Shown: positions 1 to 10,379, counted from the first letter of the stretch. The stretch is 41,898 nt of DNA from a virus (IMGVR_UViG_3300025120_000150:1-41898); one strand, 5' to 3'. Numbers and translations: made by a program. Notes: generated by a model not told the origin, from the sequence alone.

Positions 1-288
1 ATGCAAAGAGTTGATATTGCTGTTTCATCTAGTTTTCCAGATCCTAATACAAAGTTTCCAGGTGTTAATTTAGCTGGTTTAAGTTTAGCTTTAGAAGGCG
101 GTCTTAACCTTGCTCTGGAAAGAGGTCTTCCTGCTGATATTGATATTTCTACACTGACTTTAGATTTTAAAGTTGAGCTGTTTAATGAAGCTTTGAAAAT
201 AGGACGAAAAGCGCCTAAAGGTGAAGAACAAAATGCAGCTGATCGTTATGTTGCAGATACACTTTTAAAAACATATAGAAAAAATTAG
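1..288 (+). CDS. Hypothetical protein, probably the 3' part of an internal virion gene truncated by the window edge
   Basis: Open frame from position 1 to TAG at 288, followed by an AGGAG RBS for the next gene; position upstream of the giant virion protein. Confidence 0.6.
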   Translation: MQRVDIAVSSSFPDPNTKFPGVNLAGLSLALEGGLNLALERGLPADIDISTLTLDFKVELFNEALKIGRKAPKGEEQNAADRYVADTLLKTYRKN

Positions 289-294
289 GAGTTA

Positions 295-3200
295 ATGGTG
301 AGTACAGATCCATTTGGCTTCAAAGACAAAAACCAATCTCCTTGGGAGCAAGACAGCCCATTTACGACCAAAACAAGTAATGCTTTTGGTTTTGAAAATT
401 ATCAAAAAGAAGAAGAGCCAATAGAACAATCTGATGCTGGTGAATTTACTAAAGGTGTACTTAGCGGTGTAGATACAGTTCAAGCACTGGCTGGTGGTGC
501 ATACGCACTTGCTGGTGAATATTTTGATAACGAAGACATGTTTCAAAAGGGTCTTTCCTACTATGAAGAAAACATGCGAGAAGCTTCAGCTTATGCACCA
601 GCTGTAGGTTCATATAAAGATGTTGTGCGTGATGATAGTTTCTCTGGTGATTTTTATAAAACATTAGAAACTTTTGGTAGAGCTGCTGATTACATTAATT
701 ACATGGCGGGTAATGTTATTCCGTCAATAGGATCTAGCCTTCTTGGTGGTGGTTTTATTGGTTTTGCAGCAAAAAAAGGCACAGAAAAATATTTACAAAA
801 GAAAGTAAAAGACTATACCCAAAAGGCTATTAATAAAAAATTATTAACAGCGTCAACAGTAGGAACAGTAACAGGTGCATTTGGTGTTTCATCATCACAA
901 ATCAGTGGTGATGCGTTTATGGAGATCTATGAAGAGACTGGAAATAGATCAACAACAGAGGCATTAATAGCAGGTGTAGCTGGTGGTGCTTTAGATATAT
1001 TTACTCCAGTAATAGCATTAAAAAAAATTGGCGGCTCAGCCCTAGACGACACCCTAAAAAACTTAGGTCAAAACAAGAAATTTTATGACGGGTATTTTGC
1101 AGAAGTTCTAAAGACTGGAAGCATTGAAGGCTTCACTGAAGCCATGCAAGAAACGATTACTTTATCTGCTGTAGACGTTGCTAGGTCGGGAAATAATACA
1201 CTTGGTAATTGGGGAGGAGAATTTAAAGAAAACTTCCAAGATCCAAACAACAGAGAAAGGCTTATTAATAGTGCTATTGCTGGATTCATTGGCGGCGGCG
1301 GAGTAAGTTTAGTTACTTCAAGCGTAAATACTGTTCAAGAAAAAAGAACCATAGAAAGACTGACTAATACTGGTCAACAAATTATAGATTCGCTAGAAGG
1401 AGGCGAACCTACAACTGTTCCTGAAAGAGTATCTTTTGATGAAACTGTAACAGAAGGTGGCTCTGGTAGAACTGTAGAAGAGCAAATACAAGACTTTGAA
1501 GAAGGCAGAGTAGCAGGCCAGACTCTTGCACAAGAAGATATAGATTTTTCTGTTACACCAGAAGGTAATGTTGTAGAAGGCGCACCTGATCCTAATGTGG
1601 TTGTCCCGCAAACACCATTTCAACAGTCAGAAAGAAAACCAAGCATTGGACGTCAAGCTTTAGAAACTCAAATAAAAGGACAAAAGTTAAACGAAGAATT
1701 AAACAGAAGAGAGGCACAAGTAGAAGAAGAAAGACAAGGTTTATTTGATCAATACAACTTACAAAGTTCACGAAAAAGAAAAGATAAAAAAATTAAAAAA
1801 GCTTTTTTTCCAAATATGACCGCTCTTGAAGAAGAGTATATAAATTTACAAAATCAAAATCCTCATCCTAATTTAGAGTTTTATCCACCTAATAGTATTT
1901 TGTCTATTGTAGATGCAGCAGGAGGCTTTGATACAACAAGTAATTCTGAATTTGATCCATTGCCTGGATTTAAGATCCCACAATACAGACGTAATCCTTT
2001 TAGAACTAGAAGCGGAAGAAAGGGAGAGAGCCGAGATGTCAAAAATATGGGCTTACAAAATATGGATGATGTTTATGCTTTGCTTAGAGAACAAATGCCT
2101 AATGTCATACCAGATACACAAGCTGACAATATTCCAGATTTAGCAATGGTAGAAGATATGATTTTAGAAGAAATTGAATTCTATCAAACGAATGGCACAA
2201 GCGGATCTGTTTTTACCCCTGACGAAAGTTGGGCAATAAAAGATCAAGAAAGAAAAGAATTTTTAGATTATCAAGAGCAAATAGAAAAAACACTTTTCAA
2301 TCAATTAACTACACAAGAATTTAAGAAAGCACAGATAACTGAACAAGAGCTTGCACAAAAAGAAGAAACACCTGAAACTATAGCCGAAGCAGAAATAAAA
2401 GCTAAAGAAGATGCTAACCCAGAAAGAACTAGAAGAAACTTACCTGAAGATATACCTGAGAGCGTTGAAGCTGACACCACAGGAGCTACAACAGTTGAAG
2501 GACAAGGGACACAGGTACAAAGTGACAGCCCTACCCTTACCACCCAAGAATCAGATCAAGCCCTAGAAGATTACAAGGGTTACACAATTGAAGAACTTCC
2601 TACTAGAGAAGGCTCTTCTCCTCGCTATGCTGTAGTAGATCCTTTTTACGAAAGCAAAGACAATCTAACAGAATTCCCAGAACGAAAACCTGGACTAAGA
2701 TCTTTGGGCGCAGCCAAAGACTATATAGACGGAAGGATTGCATTAGAACAAGAGTTAGAACCTGAACTGAAGCTAGACGTTGAAAGAGATGGTGTAGGGG
2801 CTACAGAAGATATATTTGCTCCAGCAGAAGAGATTGTTGAAGACTTTGCTCCTTCTCCTACTTTATTAAAACTTTTTTTAAGAAGAATAAATCGCGAAAA
2901 CAAAGGAAAGGTATCCTATGCAATTCGTAATTTTAAAATTAATAACGAACTTATTACCACTGATCCTGATCTTTTTATAAATGAAGCGAAAGAGATATTA
3001 GATTTTTTTGATTTAATTATTCAGTACGGCATGCGACAAGATGATCCTGAAACTTTAGAAGGAACAACTCTTGATCTTGAAAAAGCAATACTTCTTGCTG
3101 ATTACGATTTGTTAGATGTGCCTCTCAAAGATTTGTTGAATAGAAAAAATACAACAAAAATCTTAAAAAAGTTTTATGACCGCAGAGACGAGTTTGACAA

Positions 3201-6200
3201 TCTATTAAATGATACAGCATTGTTGTTTGAAGAAAATTCTAGCAACACCAAAGAACAAACAATTAATGAATTTTTAAATACTAATACTAATTTATTAATT
3301 GAACAGTTAATTCAAAAATTAAGACTTGATGATGATACTCGTAGTAGGCGTAATCCTAGCCCTATTATAGAACAGCTAAGCGATGGCACTTTTGTAAAAA
3401 GAAAACTTGAGTGGGCTGACGCACAAGATACTGTAAATAATTTTACTAAAGACTATAAAGGATTGCGTGGTGTTAATTTTAGAGTTTTTAGAAACGCAGA
3501 TGAAGTAGACGACAGAACTGGGTTTAGTCCTTTTGACAAAGCAGTTTACGATCCACAAGACGATACTATTTTTATTTTTGCGGATAAACACAGAGACGTT
3601 GATGATCTGAATAGAACTTTACAACATGAAGTCATAGGTCACTTTGGTTTAAAAGAAACTTTATCTACTAAAGATTTTAATGAGCTATTAAAGAAAATTA
3701 AAACTGGTAGATTGCAAAGCAAACAGTTTAAAGAAATTTATGATGATGTAGCTAAAAGATACAAAGGCAGAGACGATTATGTAATAGCTGAAGAAGTCAT
3801 TGCTAGAGTTGCTGAAATGACTAATTTTGACAGTAAATTTTCACAAGTTGCTGATCAAATATTTGAAATTATTGCGAGAGGTTTAAGAGCTATAGGCTTA
3901 GTAAAAAACGAAATTACCTTGGCAGAAATCAGAAATATATTGCGCGAAAGCAATAACACCATCAAAGATAAATTAGTACCAGATCCCGAACTTAATGTAG
4001 TAATGACCAGAGCTGAAGCTATGGGGTTTGCTACTGGCAAAACTGTTTATCATGGCTCAGTTGGCAAAATAGAAAGATTTGATCCACGCAGAGCTAATCC
4101 TATGGGGCATTTTGGAGCTGGATTTTACTTTACCGATAATTTATATGATGTAGAAACTAACTATGCTGGTATAGATGGAGAAACTATATCAAGAGAAATA
4201 GAAAATATTGAAGAGCGCTCTGAAGATGAAGCAGATCGTCAATCAAGAATGCAAGAGCGTTTTGGTGAACAAGAACTAGAAACAACTATTATTCCTGCAT
4301 TTTTGAAAATACAAAAACCTTTTGACTTAACCAAAGGCAATGTTTGGTTTGAGTTTGAATACGAGTATGACGAAGACGGCGACACCATTCCAGGTAGTCT
4401 AAGCGGTACTGGTATGGATTTAGTAGATGCCATTGAAACTGTTGCTTTTGAATTTGATGTGAATGAAAACACATTGCTTGGTGAACTAGAAATATGGGAT
4501 GGGATTGAATCTAATGAATTAGTAAAACGTCTAATGATGGCAGAAGAAGTCATGTACGTTGAAGATGACAATGGAAATTTAGCTTCTGGAGAATTTATCA
4601 GAAGAGTAATAGAGGAAATGGGCTTTGATGCAATTATTCAAAATGCCTATAAAGCCTTTCCAGGCATGAATATTCCAAAAGGAACAAGACACTACATAGT
4701 CTTTGAACCTAATCAAATTCGTAGCACAGAAGCGAAGTTTGATCCTAATGAAACGGCGTCCGATTTTATCTATGCAAGAAAAGATGACGTGGTAGAAGAG
4801 GAAGGCAATGCTTTTAACTTACAAGATGAAAGACTGTATCACTATTACAAAAGAAAACTACAAGATAGTTTTGGTCGTTTTGCACAATTAGAAAAAGCAG
4901 CAGCCGAAACAAGAAATATTGATGGTATTCAAGCTATAGATTCTGTTTATGTTGCTGAAACTCTTTATACAGGAAAAGTAGATACAGCATTAATGAAATT
5001 TGAAAATGATGTTGTTAAATCTATAGGCAAGGCATTAGCTGAAAATAATATTGAGCAAAAAGAATTAGATCTTTATCTCTATGCCAAACACGCAGAAGAA
5101 AGAAACGAATACATAGCCAGTATTAATGAAGACATGCCTGATGGTGGATCTGGTATGACTAACGAAGAGGCCAGCATTGTTTTAGACAGAGTAGAAGAAG
5201 AAGGCAAAACAGAAATACTAGAAGTCATAGCCGAAAAAGTTTACGCAATTACCAGCGGCACTAGAGACTTACTCAGATCAAAAGGTTTAGCAGAAGAGGA
5301 ACTGATAAATGCTTGGCAAGAAAATTATGAATTCTATGTACCTTTGAAGGGTACAGCATCTGATCAAGAACAGTTTGGTGGAGGTACAGGCAAAGGATTC
5401 AGTATCAAAGGTAAAGAATCTCTTAGGGCTATGGGAAGAAAATCAAAAGCTCACTCACCCTTTGCTCAAATTATTGCAGACAGAACAGAAAAAGTTATTA
5501 GAGTACAAAAAAATGAAGTAGGTAAAAAGTTTTTAAATTTTGTTTTGGAAAACCCTAGTAAAAATTTATACGAAGTATTTACAGAAGAAAATGCACCAGC
5601 AGTTAGGTCAATTCAAGAAAAGGTAGATCCTGAAACTGGAGAAAGATCTGAGCAAGTAGTTACTACCAATAGTTTATTTCAAGCAAGAAAAGAAACAGTC
5701 ATGTTTGAAAACGTCACTATACCTAAATATTTTTCTGTCAAAGTTCCTGCTGTCAAAGAACTTAATACTGGCGAAGTTAAAGAGACTATAGACGAAGTCT
5801 TAATAGAAATTAAAGATCCACAGCTCAACTTGGCTATGCACAGAATGGGTGAGCAACAAATGGGTAAGATAATGACTGCTCTTATGAAGTACAACCGTTT
5901 TTTATCTATGGTAAATACTCAATATAACCCTGAGTTTATACCCACTAACTTCTCCAGAGACGTACAAACAGCTGTTGGTGCACTAGAGGGAGAAATGGCA
6001 AGAAAAGGTGGATTGCTAAGAGGGAATACCACTGAGTTGACCAAACAAATTTTAATGACCACTTTACCTAGAGTTAAAGGATTCACTAAATTTACTAGAG
6101 CTTCTTTAAGGGAAAAAGAATTAACAAACCTAACCGAGCAAGAAAAAGAAGACAAACAATACTATGACGAGTATTTAGAAGATGGCGCAAAAACAGCATT

Positions 6201-7608
6201 TTTCTATGCAAGGTCAGTAGAAGAAATACAACAAGACGTACAAGACGTTATAGAGGGAATGAATAAACCACAAACTGTAACTGGTAAAGCAGTAGAAGGC
6301 GCAAAATCATTCTTTAACCTTGTTGAAGATCTCAATACAGGCGTTGAAAATGGCGTCAGATTTGCTACCTACATTGAAGCTAGAAAGGCAGGAGTTGATA
6401 GAGCATCTGCTGCTTATACAGCTAAAACTTTAACTGTTAATTTCAACAAAAAAGGTGATTGGGGCAATAACCTCAATGCGCTTTTCTTATTTTATAACGC
6501 TTCAATACAGGGCATTGAAAACATAAGAAGATTTGGCGAAGCCTTAGTCATGTCTCCTAAACAAAACCAGTTGACTGGTAGAAATTTGAATAATCCACAA
6601 ATACTAGCTTCAAGCGCTATTGCTCTATCGGCTTTAGCTGTTTTATTTAACGAAGGCGTAAGTGAAGAAGATGAAGATGGAGAAAGTTTTTATAAAGACA
6701 TAGATGATTCTATTAAAGAAAGAAACTTTATATTTATGAATCCAGTTAATGGTAAAGATTATTTTAAAATTCCTTTGCCTTATGGATATAACATTTTCTT
6801 TAACCTTGGTACTGCTTTAACAGAAACAGCTTTAGGTCTAAAAGATCCTGCAGAGTCAGCTCTTTTTTGGTTGAAGGGCTTTACCAATTCATTTAATCCT
6901 GTGGGTTCATTTCCACCAATCCCTACTTTTGCACAGCCGTTCTATGAATTAGAAGCAAATGAAAATTATTTTGGCACTCCTATATATAAAGAAAACCAAT
7001 TTGGTCAGACGACACCTGATTCATCACAATTCATGGGAAGAATGGACGAGTCTTTTGTAAGAAGAAATTATCTCGAAATAACTAGATACATGAATGAAGC
7101 AACAGGGGGTACTGTAAATATTTCAGGTGGTTTTGATATATCGCCAGATAAAATTGAACATTTAGTAGATTTTCACGTGGGCGGTGCAGGTCGTTTTATT
7201 GTAAATGCAGTAGACACAGCAGCTGATCTTGGAAAACTAAAAGTACCAGGTGTAACCCAAATACCATTTGTTAGAAGAGTTTATGGCAAGCCTAATCCTT
7301 TACAAGATATGAAGAAATTCTACGAAAGGACTAGAAGGTTAGATCAACTTAACAATGAAGCTGAGAGTCTACCTTTTGAAGAGGCTAGTATATTTTGGTC
7401 AAAACATAGAGAGCTTGCCATGTATGAAGAAATACAAAGCTACAAAAATGAAATGAAAGAGATTAGAGAGGTAATAGATTTCTATGAAACCTCTGATATG
7501 AGCAGAGTTGAAAAAACTCAAAATATTGAAAAGTATAAGGAAATGCTCAATTCACAATATAAACGATTTAACTATCACTATAACTATTACGAGGCATTAT
7601 CAAAATGA
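295..7608 (+). CDS. Large polyvalent / internal virion (DNA ejection) protein, 2437 aa, with zincin-like metallopeptidase motif, ART-like domain and C-terminal LPD38-like domain
   Basis: Gly/Ala-rich hydrophobic N-terminus; LQHEVIGHFGL...EEVIAR (nt ~3620-3810); VYHGS...GAGFYFTD...YIVFEPNQIRS (nt ~4045-4725); KERNFIFMNP..KIPLPYGYN..P...PFYELEANENYFGTPIY C-terminal region; AGGAG RBS. Confidence 0.8.
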   Translation: MVSTDPFGFKDKNQSPWEQDSPFTTKTSNAFGFENYQKEEEPIEQSDAGEFTKGVLSGVDTVQALAGGAYALAGEYFDNEDMFQKGLSYYEENMREASAYAPAVGSYKDVVRDDSFSGDFYKTLETFGRAADYINYMAGNVIPSIGSSLLGGGFIGFAAKKGTEKYLQKKVKDYTQKAINKKLLTASTVGTVTGAFGVSSSQISGDAFMEIYEETGNRSTTEALIAGVAGGALDIFTPVIALKKIGGSALDDTLKNLGQNKKFYDGYFAEVLKTGSIEGFTEAMQETITLSAVDVARSGNNTLGNWGGEFKENFQDPNNRERLINSAIAGFIGGGGVSLVTSSVNTVQEKRTIERLTNTGQQIIDSLEGGEPTTVPERVSFDETVTEGGSGRTVEEQIQDFEEGRVAGQTLAQEDIDFSVTPEGNVVEGAPDPNVVVPQTPFQQSERKPSIGRQALETQIKGQKLNEELNRREAQVEEERQGLFDQYNLQSSRKRKDKKIKKAFFPNMTALEEEYINLQNQNPHPNLEFYPPNSILSIVDAAGGFDTTSNSEFDPLPGFKIPQYRRNPFRTRSGRKGESRDVKNMGLQNMDDVYALLREQMPNVIPDTQADNIPDLAMVEDMILEEIEFYQTNGTSGSVFTPDESWAIKDQERKEFLDYQEQIEKTLFNQLTTQEFKKAQITEQELAQKEETPETIAEAEIKAKEDANPERTRRNLPEDIPESVEADTTGATTVEGQGTQVQSDSPTLTTQESDQALEDYKGYTIEELPTREGSSPRYAVVDPFYESKDNLTEFPERKPGLRSLGAAKDYIDGRIALEQELEPELKLDVERDGVGATEDIFAPAEEIVEDFAPSPTLLKLFLRRINRENKGKVSYAIRNFKINNELITTDPDLFINEAKEILDFFDLIIQYGMRQDDPETLEGTTLDLEKAILLADYDLLDVPLKDLLNRKNTTKILKKFYDRRDEFDNLLNDTALLFEENSSNTKEQTINEFLNTNTNLLIEQLIQKLRLDDDTRSRRNPSPIIEQLSDGTFVKRKLEWADAQDTVNNFTKDYKGLRGVNFRVFRNADEVDDRTGFSPFDKAVYDPQDDTIFIFADKHRDVDDLNRTLQHEVIGHFGLKETLSTKDFNELLKKIKTGRLQSKQFKEIYDDVAKRYKGRDDYVIAEEVIARVAEMTNFDSKFSQVADQIFEIIARGLRAIGLVKNEITLAEIRNILRESNNTIKDKLVPDPELNVVMTRAEAMGFATGKTVYHGSVGKIERFDPRRANPMGHFGAGFYFTDNLYDVETNYAGIDGETISREIENIEERSEDEADRQSRMQERFGEQELETTIIPAFLKIQKPFDLTKGNVWFEFEYEYDEDGDTIPGSLSGTGMDLVDAIETVAFEFDVNENTLLGELEIWDGIESNELVKRLMMAEEVMYVEDDNGNLASGEFIRRVIEEMGFDAIIQNAYKAFPGMNIPKGTRHYIVFEPNQIRSTEAKFDPNETASDFIYARKDDVVEEEGNAFNLQDERLYHYYKRKLQDSFGRFAQLEKAAAETRNIDGIQAIDSVYVAETLYTGKVDTALMKFENDVVKSIGKALAENNIEQKELDLYLYAKHAEERNEYIASINEDMPDGGSGMTNEEASIVLDRVEEEGKTEILEVIAEKVYAITSGTRDLLRSKGLAEEELINAWQENYEFYVPLKGTASDQEQFGGGTGKGFSIKGKESLRAMGRKSKAHSPFAQIIADRTEKVIRVQKNEVGKKFLNFVLENPSKNLYEVFTEENAPAVRSIQEKVDPETGERSEQVVTTNSLFQARKETVMFENVTIPKYFSVKVPAVKELNTGEVKETIDEVLIEIKDPQLNLAMHRMGEQQMGKIMTALMKYNRFLSMVNTQYNPEFIPTNFSRDVQTAVGALEGEMARKGGLLRGNTTELTKQILMTTLPRVKGFTKFTRASLREKELTNLTEQEKEDKQYYDEYLEDGAKTAFFYARSVEEIQQDVQDVIEGMNKPQTVTGKAVEGAKSFFNLVEDLNTGVENGVRFATYIEARKAGVDRASAAYTAKTLTVNFNKKGDWGNNLNALFLFYNASIQGIENIRRFGEALVMSPKQNQLTGRNLNNPQILASSAIALSALAVLFNEGVSEEDEDGESFYKDIDDSIKERNFIFMNPVNGKDYFKIPLPYGYNIFFNLGTALTETALGLKDPAESALFWLKGFTNSFNPVGSFPPIPTFAQPFYELEANENYFGTPIYKENQFGQTTPDSSQFMGRMDESFVRRNYLEITRYMNEATGGTVNISGGFDISPDKIEHLVDFHVGGAGRFIVNAVDTAADLGKLKVPGVTQIPFVRRVYGKPNPLQDMKKFYERTRRLDQLNNEAESLPFEEASIFWSKHRELAMYEEIQSYKNEMKEIREVIDFYETSDMSRVEKTQNIEKYKEMLNSQYKRFNYHYNYYEALSK

Positions 7609-8009
7609 ATATCATATTAGAACGTCTGTGTTATCACCCTAAAGGGGTACTAGGTAAATTTCACTTAGATCAATATGAGTTATATACGATTGAGAAACCT
7701 TGGGTAAATAATAAACCTTACGAAAGTTGTATACCTGAAGGCCACTATACTTGTGAGCCTTATAGTTCAGAAAAATATCCCGATACTTTTGAGGTTATGG
7801 ATGTTCCTGGTAGGACTAAAATATTATTTTGTCACATAGGCAATTTTCCAAAAGACGTACAAGGCTGTTTTGCTTTGGGTATGTCTGTAATGGGCGACAG
7901 AATAGCTGTTAGCAATAGTGCTATAGCTATGAAAAAATTTAAAGAATTGACCAAAGGGGTTGATCAGATTGAACTTACAGTTGCTAGTTACTACCCAGAA
8001 TATCCATGA
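7605..8009 (+). CDS. DUF5675-like protein, putative cell-wall enzyme / endolysin candidate
   Basis: Motifs TIEKPWVNNKPYESCIPEGHY and VPGRTKILFCHIGNFPKDVQGC (H..N....GC); ATGA coupling to the upstream gene. Confidence 0.7.
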   Translation: MNIILERLCYHPKGVLGKFHLDQYELYTIEKPWVNNKPYESCIPEGHYTCEPYSSEKYPDTFEVMDVPGRTKILFCHIGNFPKDVQGCFALGMSVMGDRIAVSNSAIAMKKFKELTKGVDQIELTVASYYPEYP

Positions 8010-8161
8010 GAAGAGCCAGCAAAACTATAAATGTAATTGATACAACTAAACGCAAAAAGAAACATACTTCTATAGGTAGTGCGGGTAACTCTAATGTGCA
8101 TGTCAAAAACAAACAAAAGAAAAGACAAAAGAAATTAAGCTATAGAGGACAAGGCAGATGA
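8006..8161 (+). CDS. Small basic protein, 51 aa, ending YRGQGR (not in ORF track)
   Basis: MRRASKTINVIDTTKRKKKHTSIGSAGNSNVHVKNKQKKRQKKLSYRGQGR; ATGA overlaps at both ends. Confidence 0.7.
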   Translation: MRRASKTINVIDTTKRKKKHTSIGSAGNSNVHVKNKQKKRQKKLSYRGQGR

Positions 8162-8439
8162 ATGAATGGGTTAATGCTGTAGAAACGATTGGCATACCAG
8201 CCGTTGGAGCTATGGGTTTAGGTTATTTAGTATGGATGTTATTCAAAAGTTTAATAGCTGACATACATAAAAAACTAGATACACAACACAGCATGATCGT
8301 TGCTTTGATAGACAGAATTAGGCAAATGGATAACGACATGATTCGTATTGATGCGATGTGCAGGGCTGCCTTAAACATACAACCTGACGTTAATAGATTA
8401 GCTAGAGCTGATGGTCAAAAGGATCAAAGAAAAGATTAG
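8158..8439 (+). CDS. Single-pass membrane protein with coiled-coil tail, holin-like candidate
   Basis: N-terminal hydrophobic segment IGIPAVGAMGLGYLVWMLF followed by an amphipathic helix; lies between the endolysin candidate and csgF. Confidence 0.55.
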   Translation: MNEWVNAVETIGIPAVGAMGLGYLVWMLFKSLIADIHKKLDTQHSMIVALIDRIRQMDNDMIRIDAMCRAALNIQPDVNRLARADGQKDQRKD

Positions 8440-8442
8440 GTA

Positions 8443-8913
8443 ATGAAAGTATATATTAAATTTTTTTCTATCTGGATTGTGTGTGCAATTATTACTTTTG
8501 GGTTTATTGTTCCAAAAATTAATGCAGACCAGATGGTGCATAAGTTTAAAAATCCTAGTTTTTCGGGAAATAACACTAGCTCTCATTACTTAACTATTGA
8601 GAATCAAGAATTCAATAGAAAAGAAGCGGTTAGAGAAGAAATAAAAGCTTATCAAGAAGAGTTAGCAAGAGAAGCCGACAACACCACTTTGGCTAGATTT
8701 ATTCGTAATTTGGAATCAAGAATATATGCACAACTTTCTAGGCAATTAGTTGAAAATCTTTTTGGTGAAACTCAATCTGAATTCGGAACATTAGAGTTAG
8801 AAGGCAACACTATAGAGTACGAAGTAGAAGACGACAAAATAACATTAACAATTACAGATGAAAATGGAGAAACCACAACTATTAGCGTTCCTACTGGTTC
8901 TTTTACTTTCTAG
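8443..8913 (+). CDS. csgF: Curli assembly/transport component CsgF homologue
   Basis: Signal peptide then ADQMVHKFKNPSFSGN, matching the CsgF mature N-terminus (F-x-NP-x-F-x-GN); F..NLESRIYAQLSRQL helix; C-terminal TITDENGETTTISVP strand. Confidence 0.88.
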   Translation: MKVYIKFFSIWIVCAIITFGFIVPKINADQMVHKFKNPSFSGNNTSSHYLTIENQEFNRKEAVREEIKAYQEELAREADNTTLARFIRNLESRIYAQLSRQLVENLFGETQSEFGTLELEGNTIEYEVEDDKITLTITDENGETTTISVPTGSFTF

Positions 8914-9721
8914 CTGTGCGTTAAAGAATGACGATTTGTTGAATAAAGGTGGTATACCAAACAACAAAATTACAGCTCCTAGTATTTTAGATCTACAGTC
9001 ACAAGAATTAAAAGAAGTATCTCCCCCGAAAAAAAAACCAACAATAGCAATATACCCGTCTAGCTTCACTGATCAAACGGGACAGAGAAGAAGTAATAGT
9101 GAGTTTGCTTTATTTAGTACCGCAATTACTCAAGCTCCACACGCTTATTTATTAAGAGCGTTAAAGCATTCTGCTAATGGTCAATTCTGGAGAGTAATAG
9201 AACGTATAGGGCTAGACAATCTTGTAAAAGAAAGAACCTTAATACGATCTACCAGAGAAGGGTTTAAACAAAAAGAGTTGAGTCCGCTGTTGTTTGCGGG
9301 GTTACTCATAGAAGGTGCTGTCGTAGATTATGACGTGAACCAAAGAAGCGGTGGAGTTGGATTTCGCTATTTAGGCATATCCAGTAGCAACCAATACAGG
9401 GAAGATACAGTAACAATATCTTTACGCCTGATTTCGGTTTTAACTGGCGAAGTTTTGATAGAAGTCATGACAACTAAAACCATTTTATCTGTGGGTATAT
9501 CTCAGGATGTTTTTAGATTTATAGAACTAGGAACAGAACTAATAGAGCTAGAAGGTGGATTTACAGAAAACGAGAGTGGTTCTATTGCATTGCAAAAAGC
9601 TATAGAGAAAAGTGTTTTAGAAATTATAAACATAGGTTATGAGAGAGGGTATTGGGAACATGAAGAAATTATTATTGAGCCTAGTTGCGATGACGAGTGC
9701 ATTGCTGCTATTCGCGGCTGA
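8858..9721 (+). CDS. csgG: Curli secretion outer-membrane pore lipoprotein CsgG homologue
   Basis: Lipobox LSSC; FTDQTGQRR, FSTAITQ, VIERIGLDNLVKER, EGAVVDYD, YREDTVTISLRLISVLTGEVL are CsgG hallmarks. The start could also be 8864. Confidence 0.93.
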   Translation: MKMEKPQLLAFLLVLLLSSCALKNDDLLNKGGIPNNKITAPSILDLQSQELKEVSPPKKKPTIAIYPSSFTDQTGQRRSNSEFALFSTAITQAPHAYLLRALKHSANGQFWRVIERIGLDNLVKERTLIRSTREGFKQKELSPLLFAGLLIEGAVVDYDVNQRSGGVGFRYLGISSSNQYREDTVTISLRLISVLTGEVLIEVMTTKTILSVGISQDVFRFIELGTELIELEGGFTENESGSIALQKAIEKSVLEIINIGYERGYWEHEEIIIEPSCDDECIAAIRG

Positions 9722-10379
9722 CAACGAAATATATATTGATCAAAGCGGTGGTACTGCTTTGAATTTAGACATTGAACAGATCAATGGATCTGGAAACCTC
9801 ATTGGTGGTGCAACAGCTTCTGCTGGTTCTATGACACCATTAGATTTAGATGGCGCATCTATGAGCCTAGACATATTGCAAAAAGGATCTACAAATAAAT
9901 TCTTAGGCGATATATGGGCTGATAGTTACACAGGGTATTTTTCTTTCCTTGGTTCAACAAACACTTTCAACATGCAAACAGATCCAACAAATACTTATGG
10001 GGCTGATTCTTCTGACGTAAACGTACAGGTAACAGGAAGCTCAAATACAATGACACTTAATCAAGCTACAAATTCTATTGCAGCTACATTAAATTTAGAC
10101 TGGATAATTCAAGGTTCAAGCAACACCATCACATCATCTATAGATATAGATGGTGCTACTAATTTCATGGACATAGATGGTTCAGACAATACGGTTACTT
10201 ATGATGGTGATGGGTATGCAGGCGGTTATTTTTACTTAGACCAGACTGGAGGATCAAGGACATTCAACATAACACAACAATCTACATCTGATAATGATTG
10301 GCTTAAGATTACATCTGTTGGCTCTAATGGGGTCGTGTGTGTTAATCAGTCTGATGCCGCAACAAGTTTTGTGTGCTGA
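9660..10379 (+). CDS. Secreted curlin-repeat (CsgA/CsgB-like) beta-solenoid protein
   Basis: Signal peptide MKKLLLSLVAMTSALLLFA; repeated alternating-hydrophobic strands ending Q/x-x-G-x-x-N (NEIYIDQSG, LDILQKGSTN, VQVTGSSN, WIIQGSSN, MDIDGSDN); directly after csgG. Start moved from 9639 to ATG 9660. Confidence 0.75.
   Translation: MKKLLLSLVAMTSALLLFAADNEIYIDQSGGTALNLDIEQINGSGNLIGGATASAGSMTPLDLDGASMSLDILQKGSTNKFLGDIWADSYTGYFSFLGSTNTFNMQTDPTNTYGADSSDVNVQVTGSSNTMTLNQATNSIAATLNLDWIIQGSSNTITSSIDIDGATNFMDIDGSDNTVTYDGDGYAGGYFYLDQTGGSRTFNITQQSTSDNDWLKITSVGSNGVVCVNQSDAATSFVC

Noticed and set aside
292-6155. Short antisense and alternative-frame ORFs inside the 2437-aa gene, and similar ones within dnaB, portal, capsid and tail genes
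   Set aside because: Shadow ORFs without recognisable motifs, fully nested in well-supported genes.
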